From contig NC_010655.1 of NCBI RefSeq assembly GCF_000020225.1, positions 840,001-872,000 on the forward strand: a stretch of DNA of 32,000 nucleotides, given 5' to 3'. Each line of letters starts with the position of its first letter. The first letter of the stretch is position 1. The notes beneath the pieces were generated by a model. The model worked only from the letters and a program-made list of their open reading frames with translations. It had not been told where the DNA came from and searched no databases. The position numbers were made by a program, and so were the translations under genes. Of the stretch, positions 20,700 to 28,400 are shown piece by piece. This DNA comes from Akkermansia muciniphila ATCC BAA-835 (GTDB taxonomy: Bacteria > Verrucomicrobiota > Verrucomicrobiia > Verrucomicrobiales > Akkermansiaceae).

Positions 20700-20727
20700 G
20701 GGACGGCTATGCCGTCCCTTCTTTTTT
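20700..20727 (+). terminator. Rho-independent terminator downstream of the nahK-like gene
   Basis: 8-bp GC-rich stem gggacggc / gccgtccc with a 3-nt loop, followed by ttctttttt. Confidence 0.7.
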
Positions 20728-20790
20728 ATATTATTTGAACATGGCTGCCCATTCCATAATCCAAGAAACATTACACGCAATAGCCAAGCC

Positions 20791-21816
20791 ATGTTTGAAA
20801 TACCAGACATCCAACTCAATCAATATGGCAAGCCGGCAAGGATCATGTTCCTGGCTCCATATGCCCCAGACGCTCCCGATTTCTCCAAAAAACCCTACAC
20901 AGGCAATGGAGGCTACCCTCAGTACCACTACAACATTTATAAAGCCATCCAGGACATAGGCTACGACGTCGTCTCCTCCTCCAAACCCTATTCCGTCCAA
21001 TTCGCCAAGGGAAACGTGGACTATGTATTCTCCCTGATGAACAGGTTCGCCATGTCCAGGCCTGAAATATTCATTTCTTCTTACTGCGAATTCATTCAGG
21101 TTCCCTACCTGGGCGCCCCGCCCAACATCCGCGCCATAGCGGAAGACAAATTTCTGACCAAAATGGTATTCCGCTCCCTGGAATTGAACGTTCCGGAAGG
21201 CATTGGACTTTCCGGAGAAAAAGGTATTCCGGCCCAGGCCCCCTTCCCTGGCCCCTATTTTGTCAAAAAGCGTTTTGGAGCCGCTTCCGGCGGCATCCGG
21301 GAAGACAGCATCTGCAGCTCCTGGAAAGCCGTGGGTTCATGCGCCCGGCGCCTGATGGAAGAAGGGCACGAAGTGCTCGTGGAACAATACTGTGAAGGCA
21401 TTGACGTCACCGTTCCCGTACTGGGTGGGGAAAACCCCGTCATCCTGGGATATGTGCAGCCGAAATCCGACAAACCAGGCAGCATCATCACGGAAGACCT
21501 GAAACTGCACGACCATCTGGGTTATCAGCTGGTCTCCGTTCAGGATATGGAGCAGGACATCGCCAGTGACGTCCGGAAAATCTGGAGCGCTCTGGGGCCG
21601 ATGGACTATTTCCGCATCGACTATAGAATCGACTTCGAGACGGGAGAACGGCGCATTCTGGAAATGAACATCTGCTGCCACCTGGGCAAAAGCGGCTCCA
21701 TCTGCCTGGCGGCCGCAGAACACGGCTACTCCCAGGCGGACCTCCTCAAATACATTATCGCCTACAGCATGGACAGGCAGAAAAACCTCCGCCAATACGG
21801 CACATGGCTCATCTGA
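20791..21816 (+). CDS. ATP-grasp enzyme of the D-alanine--D-alanine ligase family, substrate unknown
   Basis: The conserved sequence begins at the ATG at 20791 (MFEIPDIQLNQYGKPARIMFLAP...). Ddl-like blocks include AEDKFLTKMVF, YFVKKRFGAASGGI, LVEQYCEGIDVTVPVLG and YFRIDYRIDFETGERRILEMN. The 65 upstream codons of ORF 20596 overlap the preceding terminator and are not credible. Confidence 0.75.
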   Translation: MFEIPDIQLNQYGKPARIMFLAPYAPDAPDFSKKPYTGNGGYPQYHYNIYKAIQDIGYDVVSSSKPYSVQFAKGNVDYVFSLMNRFAMSRPEIFISSYCEFIQVPYLGAPPNIRAIAEDKFLTKMVFRSLELNVPEGIGLSGEKGIPAQAPFPGPYFVKKRFGAASGGIREDSICSSWKAVGSCARRLMEEGHEVLVEQYCEGIDVTVPVLGGENPVILGYVQPKSDKPGSIITEDLKLHDHLGYQLVSVQDMEQDIASDVRKIWSALGPMDYFRIDYRIDFETGERRILEMNICCHLGKSGSICLAAAEHGYSQADLLKYIIAYSMDRQKNLRQYGTWLI

Positions 21817-21864
21817 CCCGCAGGAAAGAAGCGGTTCGCATTCCGGTCAGAACAAAAACGGCAG

Positions 21865-22905
21865 TTAGGAATCAGGTATCCGGCTGATTGCCTCAAACAC
21901 CTCCTGCCAGCTTTCCATGGAAGCTTCCTGCCCGCCCAGGGCCATGCCCCGCTCACGGGCGGCAGCGGCCATGTCTTCCCGGTAGTGGGGCTCCCAAGCC
22001 ATTTTAGTGGCGTACGTGATGAAATCCCCGGGGCATTCGCACAGCCATCCGGTCTTCCCGTGTTCCACCATTTGTTCCCACCCTCCGCGCCTGTCCACAA
22101 CAAGCACACTCCCGCTTGCCATGGCCTCAAAACCCACACGCGGCCAATTCTCCGTCGTATCGGTAGGCTGCAAAACGATGTGGCAGCGTCGGTAAAACTC
22201 CTGTTGGGACAAAGACTTTTGATCATGGAAAGTCTCCACCCAATCGGGAGGCCTGCCAGTCTTCGCCTCGCTCCGCTGGTCAAAACCGAGAAAAGTTCCC
22301 CTCTTCCGGACCGGAGAAGCAAAATGCTCGTAAATATGCCACGTATCCTTGCTGAACTTATCTTCATCCTGCCGGGAAATGTGTCCGGCTCCAAACCAGT
22401 CCGTGGAACGCCCTGCAATAAAAGGAAAATCTGCCGCATCAAAATACGGCCTAAACGTCATGAACCGGATGGCCGGGTCGGGATTTAAAGCCCTCAGGCG
22501 AGGAATGACGTTTCCCATTACGTTGCTATTTTGATAAAGAAACAGGGAAATATCTCCACGCTTCATGGCTTCCTTTTCCCTGCCGAAAAGCCAGGTCATG
22601 CAATTGACGAAAACTGTCCTTCTCGTCCGTTTTCGTATCTTCGGGAGAGCAGCCAGAAACTCTTCATTACAAAAACTGATGACGGGAGCCCCTGCCGGAA
22701 TGGCCTCCCAATCATAGCCTTCATGCACCGTAACACCCAAATTCATCATCTCCGGATAAAGCCCGGCACAGTATGCATTTTTCTGGGTGGGGATAAGATG
22801 CATTTCCATCCCCATCTGTCTCCAAACCTTAATCTGGTGATAAAGCTCGGCTCCCGCACCGCCGTAAAGGGATGGAAATCCAACAATATAGAGAGAATGT
22901 ATCAT
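21865..22905 (-). CDS. Glycosyltransferase, GT-B fold (GT4-like)
   Basis: 346 aa. The C-terminal half has the GT4-type motif ENWPRVGFEAMASGSVLVVDRRGGWEQMVEHGKTGWL (E-x7-E region). Confidence 0.8.
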   Translation of the reverse strand: MIHSLYIVGFPSLYGGAGAELYHQIKVWRQMGMEMHLIPTQKNAYCAGLYPEMMNLGVTVHEGYDWEAIPAGAPVISFCNEEFLAALPKIRKRTRRTVFVNCMTWLFGREKEAMKRGDISLFLYQNSNVMGNVIPRLRALNPDPAIRFMTFRPYFDAADFPFIAGRSTDWFGAGHISRQDEDKFSKDTWHIYEHFASPVRKRGTFLGFDQRSEAKTGRPPDWVETFHDQKSLSQQEFYRRCHIVLQPTDTTENWPRVGFEAMASGSVLVVDRRGGWEQMVEHGKTGWLCECPGDFITYATKMAWEPHYREDMAAAARERGMALGGQEASMESWQEVFEAISRIPDS

Positions 22906-23212
22906 TAATTAATGGATTTATGTAGAATAGTCTTGCCGTAAGATTTTCAGAACATTTGGACTATTGATATTCAGAAAATTATTCAGATGAAAATAGAAAA
23001 AATGAATAAAACAAATTTAAAGTAAACAATTCCATTAATCAATAAACATTTATTGCAAAATTTGCACTAAATCTTTTTTCGTTCTGTTTTTAAATAATAT
23101 TAATATATCACTTAAACTAAAACATCGATCTCCACAAAAAGATGCAACCAATAAAAAACCTATTCAATTTAATTCTCTTCTTTATCAGATAACTTTTGTT
23201 TCAAGAAATTAA

Positions 23213-23869
23213 TTACTTTTTCTGAGATTCATCATCTAAATAATTGGCAAATTCAACGTATGCATTTTTTATGATTATTTCCATCGTTCTTTTATCTTTG
23301 GGATCAATAGCTATCGTTCTGTTCCCGGCAATTTTTTCAAAACTGTCTGTAACTAATCTTTTCAGAACGTCTTCCGGATTTTTTCCTATGAAATGAGCCA
23401 ATATGCTTCTACTATTCCAATCATATCCATGTTTCTTCATTTCATTATAAAATTGATTTTCAATTACTTTCTTTTTATTTAACAAAATCACGGTTTTGAA
23501 ATAATTACGTTCACTCTTGCTAATTATCATTTGATTTATAAGAAAACACTGAAAAAGATATTTTTGAACTATCTTCGGTAAATATTTAACATCGAATTTC
23601 CGATAAAAATTCATAGACTGCTCCAATATAAAGTGGTTATTTTGATCACTTAATATAGAAGAAGAATACTTGGAATTACCTACAGCACGCATTAAGAATG
23701 CAGAAGATTGAAGTATATACTTTTTTAAATATTCTTGTTCTTTTATTGAAAAATCGTTTTTAACATAGTCTGAATCCTGATAATTATTCACATCAGAATA
23801 GACACTCATCGGGAATAATAAAATAAAAAACAGAAATATTTTTCTCATAATTTTGATTGATTTAATCAT
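23213..23869 (-). CDS. Hypothetical exported protein, candidate immunity protein of the orphan cassette
   Basis: 218 aa, AT-rich. It has an N-terminal signal peptide (MRKIFLFFILLFPMSVYSD, so the start could be the ATG at 23848). No recognisable domain. It lies immediately downstream of the orphan rhs tip on the same strand. Confidence 0.6.
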   Translation of the reverse strand: MIKSIKIMRKIFLFFILLFPMSVYSDVNNYQDSDYVKNDFSIKEQEYLKKYILQSSAFLMRAVGNSKYSSSILSDQNNHFILEQSMNFYRKFDVKYLPKIVQKYLFQCFLINQMIISKSERNYFKTVILLNKKKVIENQFYNEMKKHGYDWNSRSILAHFIGKNPEDVLKRLVTDSFEKIAGNRTIAIDPKDKRTMEIIIKNAYVEFANYLDDESQKK

Positions 23870-24006
23870 ATATCTGTTTGCATTTTAATTTACAATTTCT
23901 ATTGTCAACAAAAATAAAAGCTGATGCAATAATAAATAGAATGCCTTGAATTTTATTCTCTTCTACAGACGGTCCTCCAATAGAAGAGTTAAATTGTTGT
24001 GCACGC

Positions 24007-24586
24007 TCATATGAAATTTAACCATCCTCCACATTGTGCCTGTAAACGATTTTCACAGTCATTTAAACAATCTTGCAATTTTTTAGAATAATTTTCAATG
24101 TGCTTTATATATGCGTCCATAGCAGCTGGTTGTACCCATGACATATCTGGACATTGTCTTCCCAATATGTCAAATGTATTGACGGATGATTTCTGACAAA
24201 CCAATATAAATTGTTAGTTTTTTCTTCTTTGGCAGGATCTCTACTAATCCACCTGCCATTTTGGGGATTATAATAACGGTAATTGTAGTAAACCAGCCCC
24301 AGTTCGTCATCAGCGTATTCGCTGGAAAACCGGAACGGATTGTCCTCTGCGGCATTCCCTTCCATCCTGAGAATATTCCCATACGGGCCGTATTCGTACA
24401 AGGCGCGGCGTCCCGCTCTGATGCCGAAAAGCGCCGTGGTGTTTTTCAACAGGTCGTGCGTGAGTACAGGTTTTCCGCCCAGGTTCCCGTCTCATCAAAG
24501 AGGCTCATGGCCAGGATGCGCGTGGCTGCCGGTTCCAGCAGATCCCACAGATAGGTTTTTCGCAGTACGGACATCGCTGATTCCGT
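24007..24586 (-). pseudogene. Orphan rhs C-terminal cassette (core fragment plus an alternative toxin tip), disrupted by two apparent 1-nt deletions
   Basis: 24234-24586 is near-identical to 25972-26325 of the full-length rhs gene, so the fragment encodes ...KNTTALFGIRAGRRALYEYGPYGNILRMEGNAAEDNPFRFSSEYADDELGLVYYNYRYYNPQNGRWISRDP. The sequence then diverges. There is no start codon in context. The reading frame breaks at about 24462 and again at about 24186. Confidence 0.8.
24234..24586 (-). repeat. Copy B of the 353/354-bp rhs core-end repeat
   Basis: Aligned by eye to 25972-26325. I count 4 substitutions and one 1-nt deletion (gtgagtac versus gtgtagtac). Confidence 0.9.
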
Positions 24587-24886
24587 TGTCCAATCATATT
24601 GTAATATGGCCTCATAATACTATTAATTCAAGATTTTGTAAGAACCATTGGCCATTCTTATTGAATATTTCTGTTCCAATTTAGATCTGCTATATTATAT
24701 TAACCATTAGAAAGAATTTGATATGCAGTTTCTTCTGGAAAAGGATATGAAAGGGACTTTTAGATATCTTCTTCGAAATGTCGAATCAGATATATTCCAC
24801 ATGATCATTCGATATATGATGAATATAATAAAGAAAATTCTATATCCTCAATCTTGGGGATAGAACGATAATATAAATTATTATAT

Positions 24887-25402
24887 CTAATTATTCATAA
24901 TTTTATTTTTCAATTTTATACATTCATCTTTATAATCATAAAACGAATTATTTTCCATTAGTTTTAATATTCTTCCCAACAAATTCTTTTCACTTTCATT
25001 TAAATTCTTATAATTTTCAATAACAGCACCAATTGTATATCCTACAAATGAATCGATATTTCCAATTTCATATTTATGATAATCACCAAAAAAATATTTA
25101 ATAGTTAAATTTAAACATGTCGGAAAATAATACCTAAGAAAAGATGTTGAAAATATATAATGCGGCAAAATTGTTGTATCATATTCAAGTGGCATTAAAT
25201 CATACTCCCATGAACATTTTAACCAATTTATTTTATAAACATGGACATATTCACAAAATTCAATTACAGGCAGCGCAAAAGATTCAGACTTTATAAAATC
25301 AATGCATATTTTGAATTGTTTATTATTTGGAAGCGGAAACACAGGATATATAACCTTCATTATATCAAGAAAGGATTGATAGGACAATAAATTAGTATCC
25401 AT
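24887..25402 (-). CDS. Hypothetical cytoplasmic protein, candidate cognate immunity protein of the main Rhs toxin tip
   Basis: 171 aa, AT-rich like the toxin tip. It starts 41 nt after the rhs stop on the same strand and has no signal peptide or TM segment (MDTNLLSYQSFLDIMKVIYPVFPLPNNKQF...). The assignment rests on position only. Confidence 0.6.
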   Translation of the reverse strand: MDTNLLSYQSFLDIMKVIYPVFPLPNNKQFKICIDFIKSESFALPVIEFCEYVHVYKINWLKCSWEYDLMPLEYDTTILPHYIFSTSFLRYYFPTCLNLTIKYFFGDYHKYEIGNIDSFVGYTIGAVIENYKNLNESEKNLLGRILKLMENNSFYDYKDECIKLKNKIMNN

Positions 25403-25443
25403 AATAGATAAAAAATTTAATTTATTTTTTGACTATGAGAATT

Positions 25444-28400
25444 TCATAATAATTGATTGAGTTTATCTTGGCAACGTTTTTTGCCCGCTAAAGCGCGCTC
25501 AATTTCATCATTATGTGCATTATCTCCACCATTGAAGCATTCATTATTTATTTTTGTTCTTGCATCAATACAGTCTTGAAATCTTTTTATATTTCTTTCT
25601 ATTTCATTTTTACACATATTTTTGTTTTTACAATGCATTGATGAACCTTTGCACTTACGACCAACCTCTTTATTTAATTCACTATGTCTTTGTTTTGAAC
25701 AATTTCCATATCTAGGTTTTTGAGGAATTGCTATTGGAACTGTTTCTGGAACTGTTTTCTTTGTAGTATCCGAGCTTATTTCATCTATTACTTTTTCGGC
25801 AACTACCACCACTACCGCAACAGCTACACCTACTGCCGCCGCCGCTACCACCGCCGCTCCTATAGGATTAAATAGAGCAATCGCAAACGCGAATTGCCCC
25901 TGCACATCAATCAAAATAGAAGGTGTGTTATACGCATATGAATAAACATTATCTTTCTGTTTCTCTATAATAGGATCTCTACTAATCCACCTGCCATTTT
26001 GGGGATTATAATAGCGGTAATTGTAGTAAACCAGCCCCAGTTCGTCATCAGCGTATTCGCTGGAAAACCGGAACGGATTGTCCTCTGCGGCATTCCCTTC
26101 CATCCTGAGAATATTCCCATACGGGCCGTATTCGTACAAGGCGCGGCGTCCCGCTCTGATGCCGAAAAGCGCCGTGGTGTTTTTCAACAGGTCGTGCGTG
26201 TAGTACAGGTTTTCCACCCAGGTTCCCGTCTCATCAAAGAGGCTCATGGCCAGGATGCGCGTGGCTGCCGGTTCCAGCGGATCCCACAGATAGGTTTTTC
26301 GCAGTACGGGCATCGCTGATTCCGTCGCGGCGGCATCCAGTTCCGCGATTTGCAGGTAGCCGTGATAGATGAACCGTTTCTTCGACATCAGGATCTCTCC
26401 TTCATAGACGGCTTTCTCAATCCGTCTGTTCAGATAGTCGTAGCGGCACTCCACCCGCCTGTTCCCCTGAATGAACCTTGCCGCCTGGTTCAGGGCATTA
26501 TAAGAGACTTCCCATTCTCCCGTAGACGTTTGAATCTTCGTCTGGTTGCCGTCGGCATCATAGGCAGGTGCAAAAGACGCTCCTTCCTCCCGGGTGATGG
26601 CCGTGTACTGGTTCAGATTATTGGCCGTGTACGCCTCCGCTGACGCGCCCGAACCTTCCCGAGAGGTGACGCGGTTGCCGATGTTGTCGTACGCATAGGA
26701 ATACGTTCCTCCCCGGCTCATCGCGTCGGCGGCCAGTTCGCCGCGGCCGTTGTAACTGTAGCTGTGCGTCAGGTCGGGAGCGGGGGTATTGAAGTAGTCC
26801 TTCTTTTCCGTGGGCCTTCCCAGCGCGTCGTAGGCATAGTCGTTTTTGGCCGGATAATTGGCGCTGCCGGGACGCAGATAGTCGATTCCGGTCAGCAGAT
26901 TCCGTTTTTCTTCCCGGGTGTACCATCTCCGGAGGGTATTGGGGTAGTCGAGCGTTTCCAGCAGTCCGTTGACGGCGTGGTAGCCATAGACGAAGGGATC
27001 GGCGCCGTTATTGAGCGAGACCGTAGAAAGACGTCCGCAGCCGTCATATTCCCAGGCCGTCTGCTGGACAATACCCTCTCCATAATGCAGACTGTAGCCC
27101 GAAGGCCGCCCCAAACCGTCGCGCAAATAGTTGAGCGCGCTTGCCGCCAGTCCTGCCGTAGTTTCCGATTCCGCTTCATTATATTGGTTGTAAGCCAACA
27201 TCCTTGTTCCGGAATCATCCGCAACCTGAGTGAGCAGGTTCAGGTGGTTGTAGACATAATTGAGCGAAGGAGTCGCATCATTGTGAATGACGGAGACCAG
27301 GTTGCCCGTCTGCGGATCATAGGCATAAGAAGTTGCCAGAGGCGTTCCCTGCCCGTCCACCGTCCGGGCCTGTCGTTTAACCGCCAGCCTGTTCCAGTCA
27401 TCGTAAGAGTAGCTTTCCCCATGGCCGTCGGCATAGGTTTTAGCCGTCATCAGGCCGGAGGCGTCGTCGTAGCCCCACGTCGTCATGTCCCCGTCCGTCC
27501 GTTCCCGCGGATCGGCAGCGATGGTTTCCCCCGGAACGCGGAATGTCATGAGGGATACCAGCCTGTCCGCATCATCGTACGCAAAGACGGAGGGCTGGAG
27601 GGCCGTACCGTATTCGGCGGTTTTGCGTCCCCGCGGGTCATAAGCGTAGCAGGCCGTGTTGCCCAAAGCATCCGTGACGCAGGAGGGAGAAGCTGTGGAC
27701 GGGTCATACTGGATGGTGGTCGTATTGCCGGCTGCATCCGTCCTGGCTGTTTCACGGCCGGCGATGTCAAAGACGGTAACGGCGGCATTGCCACGGGCGT
27801 CCGTATAAGTCTCCGTGCTGCCGCTGGCCGTATAAGCGCGGGAAGAGGCGGTCAGAACACCCGCATGGTCTTTCCGGGATACGGTGTACCCGTCTATGAC
27901 GACAGTTTCCGCAATGACGGAAGAAGCCGGGGACTGCGTTTTTACCGTCCGTCTGGCCGGAGCCGTGTATTCCGTCCATTGCAGGGTTTCATTGCCCCGC
28001 GGATCGGTGGAGATGTTTTTTCCGGCCAGCGAGGAGGACAGGAAAGAAACCAGCTCGGCCGTGCTTTCCGCATATGTTGTTCCCTGGCTGTTGCAGCGCG
28101 TGACTGTGGTTACCCGGTACACGCCGTCTTCCCGTTGCCGGCGGGCATAGGCGTACTCCGTGACGAGGGAGTTGGCGGGAGTGGGGTTCTCGGCCAGCTT
28201 GAGCGTGGTTTTGACGATATTGCCAAACGGGTCATAGTCATAAAGCAAAGGAGCCATTCCATCCACCTGCTGCCGCAAAAGCCTATTGTTCAGATCAAAA
28301 ACGCGCCGGTCATGAACAAGGCCTCCGTTGGCGTTCGCCCGGGAGACACGCACCATGTTGCCCCTTCCGTCCGTGACGGTTTGTTCCACCAGCTCCGGTT

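Larger units (their letters stand above)
22906..25971. other. AT-rich compositional island containing the toxin tips, candidate immunity genes and spacers
   Basis: Base composition drops abruptly and visibly at both edges. The right edge falls exactly at the codon after RWISRDP in the rhs gene. The left edge abuts the start of the GC-normal glycosyltransferase gene. Confidence 0.8.

Noticed and set aside
4833-20790. N-terminal extensions of several track ORFs (4833-4985 thiG, 7115-7252 permease, 7147-7266 HAD, 7935-7991 AI-2E, 16223-16231 GH16, 18403-18420 obg, 20596-20790 ATP-grasp)
   Set aside because: The conserved family sequence begins at an internal ATG in each case. The extensions overlap neighbouring genes, terminators or divergent promoter regions and have non-protein-like composition.
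24261-24684. ORFs 24261..24554 +, 24310..24498 - and 24340..24684 + inside the orphan repeat, and the equivalent 25999..26319 + in the main gene
   Set aside because: They are alternative-frame or antisense readings of the duplicated rhs core segment. The rhs frame explains the sequence conservation.
24723-24863. 46-codon + strand ORF (MQFLLEKDMKGTFRYLL...) in the spacer between the candidate immunity gene and the orphan cassette
   Set aside because: It is short, lies on the opposite strand to every other gene in the island, and sits in AT-rich sequence where chance ORFs are rarer but still plausible at this length. There is no supporting signal.
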